Source of the DNA: an uncultured Clostridia bacterium
GTDB lineage: Bacteria > Bacillota > Clostridia > TANB77 > CAG-508
Assembly (NCBI GenBank): GCA_944391965.1
Contig: CALXVH010000004.1
Span: forward strand, 9,332-73,331
Direction: 5' to 3'
Length of the DNA: 64,000 nucleotides
The translations under genes were made by a program, and so were the position numbers. Positions 37,245 through 46,090 of this stretch are shown here, one piece after another. The notes under the pieces were generated by a model. The model was not told the origin of the DNA. It did no database searches and worked only from the letters and a program-made list of their open reading frames with translations. Each line of letters opens with the position of its first letter. Position 1 is the stretch's first letter.

Positions 37245-37679
37245 CTATAAAAATTTCTTTAGCTGTTCTACATTATTTTCTTGAAATGTTACAAAATTGT
37301 TTAATAAATCTCGCACATCTTTTGAAGCTTGATCTGCTTCATGATTTATTAGTTTTCTTCCTTCTATAATTCCCATTGTTGTTCCTTCTATCATTATCTC
37401 TGCTATTTTTGATGGACTTTTATCGTTTATTGTATTCATTTGCACTCCAGTCCATCCCATTACTTTATTCATTATATTTTTCTCTTCTGGTATTTCTCCA
37501 TAGTTTTCATATAGTTTATTTACTCTGTCCATTACTTGCCCATATTGTGTATATTGAAAACTTAAGTTATCTTTTAACTCGTTATCATCAAGCTTTTCTG
37601 CAACAAAGGATATAGAATTCATTCCCATTACTGTACCTTTATGAATTTCTTTTAAGATTTTTAAATTTTTCTCTTCCAT
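37245..37679 (-). CDS. hypothetical protein (144 aa)
   Basis: ORF with SD; helical, no confident family. Confidence 0.55.
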   Translation of the reverse strand: MEEKNLKILKEIHKGTVMGMNSISFVAEKLDDNELKDNLSFQYTQYGQVMDRVNKLYENYGEIPEEKNIMNKVMGWTGVQMNTINDKSPSKIAEIMIEGTTMGIIEGRKLINHEADQASKDVRDLLNNFVTFQENNVEQLKKFL

Positions 37680-37886
37680 ATTTTTACCTCCTTTGTTTAT
37701 TGTTTCTATTTTTATTTGTTTTATACTTTATATTACCAATAAATATATTTAATTCAAAATCTATTGTAGTTTACATGATTTTTGAACTTTAAGCTCTGTC
37801 ACTGAAGTACACACTTTTAACACACAGAAAAACACAAAAGCAACTGGAAAAATATCTTCCATGTTGCTTCTGTGTTCTGGGTATGA

Positions 37887-38483
37887 CTATGCAAAAAAAT
37901 TTTTCTTTTTTGCTTCGCGTCTTTCGTGAAGCTGCCTGAAAAAGGCTCTTGTCTCGGGACTATCATTGTGCCTGATAGACCTTTCTTCAATTTTTTTAAA
38001 GGTTTCATCATCACAAATACTCTGAGTTATAGCTTTTTTCAGTAGAATATCTACTGATTTTTTGGCTATATCATATCTTATGGCTATATCCTCCTTGCTT
38101 TTATCAGTTTCTTCTGCAAAAGCGAGTGCCAGTTCTCTAATCTTTTCTTCGGAAAAACCGAAAACTTGATGTTCTACTCTCTTTCTACGAAGTTCTGCAT
38201 AATGATGTTTTGCTGAAAAACTTTCCCCCTCTGGTGAGTGCCTTTTTTGATTTGAAAGTGATCTTCTTTCCATCAGACCAACTGTTGCTTCGCTTACCAG
38301 ACTATGCACTACTGCATAATCTAGGAGTTCACTGACTAATTTTACAGTCATATCGTTTTCCTGTGCCAAGTCAGCTTTTGTAATAGCTGCACTGTTTGCA
38401 TAAAGTTCAGCCAGTTCAATCGCCAGATCATTTAGTCCACGAACAGACATTGTCCGTTCTAAGTCTTTAAAATATTTCCACAT
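37887..38483 (-). CDS. hypothetical protein (GC-atypical), possible HTH-containing regulator
   Basis: 198 aa; higher GC than flanks; two HTH-like stretches (ITKADLAQENDMTVKLVSELL; IAIRYDIAKKSVDILLKKAI). Confidence 0.5.
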   Translation of the reverse strand: MWKYFKDLERTMSVRGLNDLAIELAELYANSAAITKADLAQENDMTVKLVSELLDYAVVHSLVSEATVGLMERRSLSNQKRHSPEGESFSAKHHYAELRRKRVEHQVFGFSEEKIRELALAFAEETDKSKEDIAIRYDIAKKSVDILLKKAITQSICDDETFKKIEERSIRHNDSPETRAFFRQLHERREAKKKNFFA

Positions 38484-38575
38484 AATTACCCTCCTATGTA
38501 TAATTCAACTGCAGTTACTACCGATATTATTTTAACATATTTTGCTAGTCGAGTCTACATAATTTCGTTTTTTTA

Positions 38576-39142
38576 CTAAATATTCCTATTTAATATGTAC
38601 TTTCCCGCAAATTCTTCTTTTAAAATATCCATACTAATCCTGTCATAATACTTTCCATCGATAAATTCGCATTTTCTTCTTCGACCACATTCTTTAAATC
38701 CACATTTTTTATAACATGATATCGCTCTTTCATTAAATTCCAAAACATCTAATTTTATATTATTTAAATTCACATAATTAAATCCATAATCCAAAATTAA
38801 ATTAATTGCCTCTGTTCCATAACCCTTTTCTCTTTCTTGTACATCACCTATAAATATACCTAAAGTTCCTGTTCTATTTAAGTGGTCTATGCTTTCCAAA
38901 CCTACTGTTCCTATTAATTTATCTTCGGCTAATGTTACAATGTTTAACGTTGCTTCATCATCCATAGCTTTTGTCATATATTCTTTCTCTTTTTCTAAAG
39001 TCATTATTTTACCACTCATACCTAAATAGTCTGTAGTCCTAAAGTCATTTAACCATTCTGCATACTTTTCTGCATCTTCTATATTTTTAGGTGCTAAATA
39101 GATATTTTTTCCAATTAATTTTTTATAATAAATCTTCATCAC
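38576..39142 (-). CDS. GNAT acetyltransferase (RimJ/RimL-like)
   Basis: 188 aa; GYGTEAINLILDYGF motif. Confidence 0.75.
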   Translation of the reverse strand: MMKIYYKKLIGKNIYLAPKNIEDAEKYAEWLNDFRTTDYLGMSGKIMTLEKEKEYMTKAMDDEATLNIVTLAEDKLIGTVGLESIDHLNRTGTLGIFIGDVQEREKGYGTEAINLILDYGFNYVNLNNIKLDVLEFNERAISCYKKCGFKECGRRRKCEFIDGKYYDRISMDILKEEFAGKYILNRNI

Positions 39143-40196
39143 CTCTTAATATTTTTAAATATTTATTAGAAAATTCTGATAATTGTTCCAAAGTTTCTTT
39201 CTTTTTACCTTTTTCTATAATTTTATTTGCCACCTTATATGCCCTATCATATTCATCTTTAGTAACTTCTTTTCTTTCGTAAGCATTTTTTAATTCATCT
39301 TCATCTAATACATGTATTCTTCCATCTGGCACTATTACTACATCTAAATAAAGATCATCTTCATATGGAATTCCATTCTCTTCTCCTACTTCTTTTGCAA
39401 TATCAAAATACCATTCAGCAATTTTATCTTTGTCATCAAACATTGCAGTAATACAGTACTGTTTTCCATCTGGATATATTTCTAGCAAGTTATAGTTATT
39501 AGCTAAAATACATCTTTTTTCTACATCAATTCGCCATTCTTTTCTAACTTTCTTTATAGCTAGTAAAGAGATATTACCCTTAAATTCTTCATTATCAACT
39601 CTTATATTTTTAAAGTCACTTTCTAATATATGGTTAGCTTTATTTCTACCATCTGCGTATCTCTTTTTTAAACTTATCCAATATCTTTGTACTACTTTAT
39701 TATTTTCATTTACTTCATTCTCTAATATTCCACCATTTTTTATAATTGTTCTTGCTGAAGCCACATTATTTTTATTGCAAGTCATTAGTACATTTCCTAT
39801 GCCTAATTCTTTAGCTTCTTTAAGCGCTAAAGCTATCATTTTTGTACCATAGCCCTTATTTCTTTCCGAAGGTCTTATGGAATCTCCAATATGTCCTCCA
39901 AAATTTAATAAATAGTCATTTAATTTACATCTTATTTGAATTATTCCTATTAATCTTTGATCTTGTTTTCTAAAAGCTAAATATAATACTGATGGAACTC
40001 TTCCTCTTGCTTTACTTTTTTCTTCTGAAAGATCATCATTAATTTTTTGTAACCACTCTACAAATGTTTCTTCTCTTTCTAAGCCTCCACCACCAGGTAT
40101 ATCATTTTCATTATTATTTATAAATTCTTCCTTAAAATCTTCTATTTGTTCTTTATATTTTTTTGATGGAAATATTAATTCTAATTCATCTTCCAT
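39123..40196 (-). CDS. GNAT acetyltransferase fused to DUF402 domain
   Basis: 357 aa; N-terminal GNAT (NKGYGTKMIALAL), C-terminal YLDVVIVPDGRIHVLDEDEL DUF402-like block. Confidence 0.65.
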   Translation of the reverse strand: MEDELELIFPSKKYKEQIEDFKEEFINNNENDIPGGGGLEREETFVEWLQKINDDLSEEKSKARGRVPSVLYLAFRKQDQRLIGIIQIRCKLNDYLLNFGGHIGDSIRPSERNKGYGTKMIALALKEAKELGIGNVLMTCNKNNVASARTIIKNGGILENEVNENNKVVQRYWISLKKRYADGRNKANHILESDFKNIRVDNEEFKGNISLLAIKKVRKEWRIDVEKRCILANNYNLLEIYPDGKQYCITAMFDDKDKIAEWYFDIAKEVGEENGIPYEDDLYLDVVIVPDGRIHVLDEDELKNAYERKEVTKDEYDRAYKVANKIIEKGKKKETLEQLSEFSNKYLKILRGDEDLL

Positions 40197-40209
40197 TGTA
40201 TATTTCCTC

Positions 40210-40773
40210 CTATAAGTTAAACTTTTCTTGTATTTTTTTTGCAGTATCTTCTGCTGAAATATTTGTGTTATTTATTTTTATATAGTTTTCGTATTTTACT
40301 TCTCCTTCATATGAATTTAGTCTATGCTTATATACAGATTTTAATAATTCCTTCTCGCTGAATTCTAAATCTCTTTTAGTAGGTTTATTTTTTAGTCTAT
40401 TTTCTGTCTTATTCCTTTTTAGTCTTTCTTCTAATGTCGTTTCTAGTTCAACAACATAAAATTCACCATTTTCTTTATCATATATATCTTTTATTCGTTG
40501 TACCCAATCCCAATCTTCTTGTCTTTCGAAAGCCCACATTAATGTAAAAATCATTCCTTTTAAATCACTCTTCGCTACCTCTTCAAAGATTGAAAATCTA
40601 AACAAATCTGTTAAACGTTCTCTTTGTTCTGACTTAAATTCGAAAAACTTTAATGGTAAATCTATCGTTTCATGGTTATGCATAAATTTTAGTCCAGTCA
40701 ATTTTGCAAGCTCTTGACCAACTGTCATTTTGCCTACAGCTTGTGGTCCACATATTAATACAAATTTAGCCAT
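40210..40773 (-). CDS. P-loop NTPase / small-molecule kinase-like protein
   Basis: 187 aa; Walker A CGPQAVGKMT at N-terminus. Confidence 0.6.
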   Translation of the reverse strand: MAKFVLICGPQAVGKMTVGQELAKLTGLKFMHNHETIDLPLKFFEFKSEQRERLTDLFRFSIFEEVAKSDLKGMIFTLMWAFERQEDWDWVQRIKDIYDKENGEFYVVELETTLEERLKRNKTENRLKNKPTKRDLEFSEKELLKSVYKHRLNSYEGEVKYENYIKINNTNISAEDTAKKIQEKFNL

Positions 40774-40775
40774 AA

Positions 40776-41681
40776 CTATTCCCCCTTTATCCTTCTAATC
40801 ATTTTATAGTGAGTATTTGTTTCATCATATACTTTAAACCCAACTTTTTCATATAATTTCTTAGCTGGATTTTCTTTAAATACTTGTAACGCAGTATCTA
40901 CATTATTTTTTCTGTCTGCTAATAATTGTTCTCTTAAAATTTGTGTTCCAATTCCACTTCCTTGATATTCTTTATCTATATAAAATAAATCTATAAAATC
41001 GTCTCCATCCTCATTAATATAATTTGTAAACATACCGATTGGTCTATCTTTATAAATTATTACTTTTATGTAATTTCTTTTTTCTCTAATAAAATTTTTA
41101 AAAAATTCTAACTGAAATTCGTCCTCCCATGGACCATATATTTTTTCTACATACCATTTAAAACATTCTTTTTTCGTTTGATATAAGTAGTCAAAATATT
41201 CATCTCTATATTCTTCTAATTTATAAATTGATAGTTGCATTGGTAAAAATCTTATTCCATCAACGGTTTGTTCTTTTCCGGTATCTTTAAATCCTATTTT
41301 ATGATAAAACTCTATTGCATATGGAGATGAGTTTACTGTTATTTTAGAAATATCTTTGCTATTCTCTTGACAATATTTTTTTGCTATATTCATTAATTCT
41401 GTCCCAATTCCATTTTTATGATATTTTTTGTCTACAAATAACATTGCAATATGGGAAAAATCTCTTATACAAATCATTCCAATGATTTTGTCTTCTTCTT
41501 TTGCAACAAAAATTTTAAAATTATTTTTTATGTGCACTAAAATACTATCATAAGCAATAAACTTATAAAAATTAGTTACTCCTTCGTCTGTATAATCTGG
41601 TGCTTCAAATTCATCAAAAACTCTTTTTACCAATTCTAGTGTTTCCTTTAACTCCTCTTCTTTCATCTCTTCATATCTCAT
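40776..41681 (-). CDS. tandem-GNAT acetyltransferase
   Basis: 301 aa; two acetyltransferase cores (HKNGIGTELM; QGSGIGTQIL). Confidence 0.7.
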   Translation of the reverse strand: MRYEEMKEEELKETLELVKRVFDEFEAPDYTDEGVTNFYKFIAYDSILVHIKNNFKIFVAKEEDKIIGMICIRDFSHIAMLFVDKKYHKNGIGTELMNIAKKYCQENSKDISKITVNSSPYAIEFYHKIGFKDTGKEQTVDGIRFLPMQLSIYKLEEYRDEYFDYLYQTKKECFKWYVEKIYGPWEDEFQLEFFKNFIREKRNYIKVIIYKDRPIGMFTNYINEDGDDFIDLFYIDKEYQGSGIGTQILREQLLADRKNNVDTALQVFKENPAKKLYEKVGFKVYDETNTHYKMIRRIKGE

Positions 41682-41744
41682 AATTATTATCCCCTTTTAC
41701 AAATATATCTCTATTTTAGTATATTATATCTTTTAATATATAAG

Positions 41745-41800
41745 AAAAAAAGCCTTACAAAGAAATCTTTAAGACTCCTTTGTAAGACTTGAATTATTTC
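41745..41800 (-). terminator. putative terminator after C_GCAxxG_C_C gene
   Basis: GCCTTACAAAG-n-CTTTGTAAGAC imperfect stem, T-run on minus strand. Confidence 0.4.
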
Positions 41801-41921
41801 TTATCTAATCTTACTTTAAGTGTAAGTAATTTTTTATTACTCTTTACCGCTCAAGTTTATACTCTTAGGTAAACTCTTAAAACATATTTTTATTTTAGCA
41901 CGCAATTTAAATTACGTCAAC

Positions 41922-42314
41922 CTATTTTTCATTTTCTTCAATTATATTTTCAAGAAATCTTGCTGCATCTCGTACACAATCATTACATTCTCTTAAAACT
42001 TTCCCTGTTCCTATTCCTTTTAATTCTTTACAAATAACTGTAGAATTTTGAGCTTTAAATTCCTGCATAATTTTTCTTATATCTTGATTTGTTTTTCCTC
42101 TTTGCTTATTCATCATTCCTAAAACAACGCCAGCACCAACTATTGCACCACATGTCCCTTCTAATGTTCCCATTCCAACACCAAAAGCTTGACAAATATT
42201 AAACATTGTCTCTTCGTCAACACCTGCATAATCACAATAAGTACAAGCTATAGCTTGTGCACAATTATACCCTTTTTTCTTTTTATTAACTGCTTCTTCT
42301 ATTCTTGATTCCAT
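41922..42314 (-). CDS. C_GCAxxG_C_C family redox-active protein
   Basis: 130 aa; GYNCAQAIAC motif. Confidence 0.7.
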   Translation of the reverse strand: MESRIEEAVNKKKKGYNCAQAIACTYCDYAGVDEETMFNICQAFGVGMGTLEGTCGAIVGAGVVLGMMNKQRGKTNQDIRKIMQEFKAQNSTVICKELKGIGTGKVLRECNDCVRDAARFLENIIEENEK

Positions 42315-42342
42315 CTTATCCTCCTTGTAACACTTCTTTAAT

Positions 42343-43284
42343 TTAAATTTTTCTTAATTTTGCTATAAAAAATCCTTCCGTTTCTTTGTTAGGCAATATT
42401 TTTATTGCTTTTTCTAACCCTAAATTTGTACCCAGTTTTTCTCCTGGTATTGCGTTTTTTATATTTAAATCTATATCCATCATTTTTAATTTTAAATTTT
42501 CTAATGCCCATTTTAAAATATTTTCGTTTTCTTCTAAATTTAAAGTACATGTAGAATATACCATTATTCCTCCTGGCTTTAATGCATTATACCCACTTTT
42601 TATAAGTTTTCTTTGTATTTTTGAAAGTTCTTTTACTGTTTTTAATGACCAATTTCGATATGTACCTGCTATTTCTGCAATAAATCTCCCTTCTCCACTG
42701 CATGGTGTATCTAATAGAACTCTGTCAAAATTTTCTGGATATTTTTCTCCTAATTTTTCACCATACCCATTTATTACTTCTACATTTGTTACTCCTTGAT
42801 TTGCTAAATTAAATTTTAAACGTTCACATCTTATTTTGTCCAATTCATTTGCAATAATATGTCCGGTATTATTCATCATTGCAGAGATTTGTGTTGTTTT
42901 ACTTCCTGGCGCTGATGCCATATCTAAAACTTGTTCATTTTCTTTCGCATCTAGTACAAGTGGTGGAATCATACTAGATAAACTTTGCAAATAAATGTAC
43001 CCCTTTTCGTAAATATCTAGCTTTTGAATATCTTTTTCAGTTGCATTTTTTATTACTAATGCATCATTTAAAAAACTCACTCTCTCAAACTTAATATTTA
43101 TCTCTCTAAAATATCTCATTAGTTCTTGAATATTGTACTTTAATGTATTTACACGCAAAGTAGTATTTCTTTTTCCTGCCATTCCAGCTAATATTTTATC
43201 TGCAACTAATGGTGAATGCAAATTATATAATTCTTCTATAAAATCTCTTGGTAACCTCTTTTTTACCTCCATTACTGAAAGCAT
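42343..43284 (-). CDS. RNA cytosine-C5-methyltransferase (NOL1/NOP2/Sun family, RsmB/F-like without NusB domain)
   Basis: 313 aa; DMASAPGSKTT SAM motif, DTPCSGEG catalytic motif. Confidence 0.8.
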   Translation of the reverse strand: MLSVMEVKKRLPRDFIEELYNLHSPLVADKILAGMAGKRNTTLRVNTLKYNIQELMRYFREINIKFERVSFLNDALVIKNATEKDIQKLDIYEKGYIYLQSLSSMIPPLVLDAKENEQVLDMASAPGSKTTQISAMMNNTGHIIANELDKIRCERLKFNLANQGVTNVEVINGYGEKLGEKYPENFDRVLLDTPCSGEGRFIAEIAGTYRNWSLKTVKELSKIQRKLIKSGYNALKPGGIMVYSTCTLNLEENENILKWALENLKLKMMDIDLNIKNAIPGEKLGTNLGLEKAIKILPNKETEGFFIAKLRKI

Positions 43285-43307
43285 TGATTTTCTCTCCTTT
43301 TTTTATT

Positions 43308-44138
43308 TTAACTTTTATACAAATTTCTTAATAAGCTTATTTCTTTTGCATATCCTATTAAATCGTTTGGTGTTTCCAAATAAAATGGTAAATCTTTTAA
43401 CACAGGATGATTTATAATTTTTTCAAAGTTAGAAATACCTATTGTACCTTCTCCTATTTTTTGATGTCTATCTTTATGACTCCCCAATACATTCATACTA
43501 TCATTTAAATGTATTGCCTTTAAATATTTTAACCCTATAATTTTATCAAATTCATTTAATACTTTATCAATATCACTTACATCATATCCTGCATCATTTA
43601 TATGGCAAGTATCAAGACAAACTCCTAATTTTTCTTTTAAACTGACTTTATCTATTATTGTTTTTATTTCTTCAAAACTTCTTCCTATTTCTGTTCCTTT
43701 CCCTGCCATTGTCTCTAATAATACAGTTGTAGATTGAGTTTTAGTAAGTACTTCGTTTAAAGCTTTAACTATATATTCTATTCCTTTTTCTACTCCTTGT
43801 CCAACATGACTTCCTGGATGGAAATTGTACATATTCCCTGGTAGATATTCCATTCTTTCTAAGTCTTCTTTCAGCATATTTTTAGCAAACTCACGAATAT
43901 CTTCTTTATCGGAACACAAATTCATTGTATATGGTGCATGTGCTAGTATCTTAGCAAATTGATTTTTTTTCATAATTTCTAATAAATTATTTATATCTTC
44001 TATATTTAAGTCTTTTATTTTTCCACCTCTGGGATTCCTTGTAAAGAATTGAAATGTATTAGCCTCTATTTCTAAGGCTTCCTTTCCCATATTTTCATAT
44101 CCTTTAGAAATTGATAAGTGACAGCCTATATTTAACAT
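43308..44138 (-). CDS. nfo: endonuclease IV (deoxyribonuclease IV)
   Basis: 277 aa from MLNIGCHLS (SD AGGAGG); metal ligands HAPY, HPGSH, HLND, E/D pattern of Nfo. Confidence 0.9.
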   Translation of the reverse strand: MLNIGCHLSISKGYENMGKEALEIEANTFQFFTRNPRGGKIKDLNIEDINNLLEIMKKNQFAKILAHAPYTMNLCSDKEDIREFAKNMLKEDLERMEYLPGNMYNFHPGSHVGQGVEKGIEYIVKALNEVLTKTQSTTVLLETMAGKGTEIGRSFEEIKTIIDKVSLKEKLGVCLDTCHINDAGYDVSDIDKVLNEFDKIIGLKYLKAIHLNDSMNVLGSHKDRHQKIGEGTIGISNFEKIINHPVLKDLPFYLETPNDLIGYAKEISLLRNLYKS

Positions 44139-44321
44139 TTTGCCTCCTAACATTAATTTTTATTAATAATAATGTGACATTATTATACAAAAATTCATTT
44201 AATTTTGCAAAAAACTTGTATTATGCTAAATATGCTTATATAATGGCATTGTAGCAAAACGGTTGATTAGCATATAAAGGATAGTTTCCTTTTGCTGGTC
44301 TTGTAGTTTTAGAAGGGAGGT

Positions 44322-44343
44322 AGTTCTTAATTTATTAAGAACT
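44322..44343 (+). promoter_or_regulatory. perfect 10-bp hairpin/palindrome (AGTTCTTAAT-tt-ATTAAGAACT) between SD GGGAGG and ATG of 44351 gene
   Basis: Directly visible; places SD about 30 nt from start codon unless looped out; could be operator or translational control element. Confidence 0.4.
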
Positions 44344-44350
44344 AAATGTT

Positions 44351-45109
44351 ATGAAAAAATCCAACTCACCACCTAAAGAATTAATTGCCATATCTAAAAA
44401 TGGTTTTAAAGTTTATACCCGGTATGGAATTAAACTTGATAAACATGTTACATTAGATATGGTAAAAGAAGTTATTGAAGGTTCATATCTGTATCAGGAT
44501 ATGGAGCGAATCTCTTCGCTCATTCCTTATGAGCTTTCTGGCAAAGGACATAAGAGACGCCTTATTTTGGCACTCATAAAATATAAAGATTCTTATGAAG
44601 TATCAAAGGCTTTCTGGAAACGGAATCTTAAGTTTATAGAGCATGCCAAGAATTTATACCCTGTATATTTTGCAAGGGATTTCTACTGCAATATTGATCT
44701 TTCTTTTTTAAAAAAAGTAATTAGTCAGATAAATTTGGAATCCAAAAGTAAAAATTATAGGGTTAAAGCAGAATCAGTTATTGGTTATGCTGATTTTACT
44801 CCTTTGTCATTCTACGAAGATGTTGATGACCTTGTGAAGGTCGTTCGCTATGGCGAAAAACATCCAGTCTATATGGCATTTTCTGCTCCACAAGCAATCC
44901 AGCGTCTTTCTATCAACTTCGAAAAGATGGTTGATATAGATGGCGTATTTTATGTTATTACTAACATAAGATTTACTGGATTAGAGACTATGCCACGCCC
45001 TTGGGAATTAGACCCTGAGGATGACTTGTATTTGCCAGCCATGAAGTTTTGGCAAAAACATGCATATTGTTTTATGCCAGAAAAGATTAGGAAGAATATA
45101 ACTTCTTAA
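44351..45109 (+). CDS. hypothetical protein (GC-atypical, 252 aa)
   Basis: Isolated plus-strand ORF, elevated GC, own promoter (TTGTAT-17-TATAAT) and GC-rich terminator. Confidence 0.5.
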   Translation: MKKSNSPPKELIAISKNGFKVYTRYGIKLDKHVTLDMVKEVIEGSYLYQDMERISSLIPYELSGKGHKRRLILALIKYKDSYEVSKAFWKRNLKFIEHAKNLYPVYFARDFYCNIDLSFLKKVISQINLESKSKNYRVKAESVIGYADFTPLSFYEDVDDLVKVVRYGEKHPVYMAFSAPQAIQRLSINFEKMVDIDGVFYVITNIRFTGLETMPRPWELDPEDDLYLPAMKFWQKHAYCFMPEKIRKNITS

Positions 45110-45123
45110 CCCATGCCAAGATA

Positions 45124-45162
45124 AGAAGCGTGCTGATTATATTAAATCAGTACGCTTCTTTA
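45124..45162. terminator. rho-independent terminator
   Basis: AAGAAGCGTGCTGATT-n-AATCAGTACGCTTCTT then T-run. Confidence 0.7.
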
Positions 45163-45233
45163 ATATCTATAGTACAAGTATAAATTGAAATTTCTAACAA
45201 TATTTTGATATTCCAGCAAAATAAATTTTCAAC

Positions 45234-45278
45234 CAGGGAAAAAAGGAACGTCCTTAGATCCCTATTGCGCAAAAGATG
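45234..45278. repeat. palindromic repeat unit, R orientation (AGGGAAAAAAGGAACGTCC-TTAG-ATCCCTATTG) overlapping stop codon of flavin-reductase-like gene
   Basis: Directly visible. Confidence 0.65.
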
Positions 45279-45768
45279 ATGCTTTTGGTGGTGTTTTTCC
45301 TTTTATTACATTGTGATAATAATCATATGTTAAAACTGGCTTATCACTTATTATTTTTGCCTCTTCTGCCTCTAATACAAATATAGTATGTGTTCCACAA
45401 TCTATTTCGTTTATTATATTTGCTTCTATATATGATGATGTAGCTTGAGTGACTACTGGAATATCATTTTTCCCAAGCACATAATCTGTTCCTTCTAATT
45501 TATTAAAATCCTTACTACTCCTAAAGCCAAACTTACCAATTAATAACATATCTGCATCTTGTGCTAACACAGATATATTTACTTTCTTGGATTTTTTCAT
45601 CGTTGTGTTTGTATCATTTTCTTTATTTACAGTTACTAATAATTTTGGCTTTTCTTCTGCTGTAGCCTGCACAACAGTATTTACTACACATCCTGCAAAA
45701 TGTTCTTCATATTTTGTAGTTATAATATATAGTCCATATGATAATTTAAAGAAAGCTTCTTTTTCCAT
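45262..45768 (-). CDS. flavin reductase-like (FMN-binding split barrel) domain protein
   Basis: 168 aa; YGLYIITTKYEEHFAGCVVNTVVQ typical of flavin reductase-like domain. Confidence 0.7.
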   Translation of the reverse strand: MEKEAFFKLSYGLYIITTKYEEHFAGCVVNTVVQATAEEKPKLLVTVNKENDTNTTMKKSKKVNISVLAQDADMLLIGKFGFRSSKDFNKLEGTDYVLGKNDIPVVTQATSSYIEANIINEIDCGTHTIFVLEAEEAKIISDKPVLTYDYYHNVIKGKTPPKASSFAQ

Positions 45769-45774
45769 TATCCA

Positions 45775-46089
45775 TCACCTCTTTAGTCTAATTCTTTTAT
45801 AAGATGTAATATCTAATTTTTCGCTTAAAACAGTTATCTTTTTATTGTGTTTTATAATATCTTCTTTTTCGCTTTTTGGTAAATGTTTTATATAGTATTC
45901 TAATTTTGAAGCTAGCTTTCTATCTTCACTACTCCATGCTGCCTCTAGCTTTTTAGCTTTATGTCTTTTAGTATATTTGGCGCATTTTTCTCCTTGATTA
46001 AAATGTTCATCCATTCTTCTTTCTAAATCAGTGGTAATCCCTGTATAAATTGAATTATCTGTACATCTTAACATATATGTATAATACAT
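45775..46089 (-). CDS. small GIY-YIG nuclease family protein (UPF0213/YazA-like)
   Basis: 104 aa; YTYMLRCTDNSIYTGITTDLERRMDEH GIY-YIG core; start codon 1 nt after stop of upstream AAA+ gene. Confidence 0.75.
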   Translation of the reverse strand: MYYTYMLRCTDNSIYTGITTDLERRMDEHFNQGEKCAKYTKRHKAKKLEAAWSSEDRKLASKLEYYIKHLPKSEKEDIIKHNKKITVLSEKLDITSYKRIRLKR

Positions 46090-46090
46090 T

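Noticed and set aside
37817-38014. 65-aa minus-strand ORF overlapping the 3' end of 37887-38483
   Set aside because: Out-of-frame overlap with a longer, better-supported ORF; no SD; likely spurious.
43133-43417. 94-aa plus-strand ORF spanning the rsmF-like / nfo junction
   Set aside because: Overlaps two well-supported minus-strand genes; no SD.
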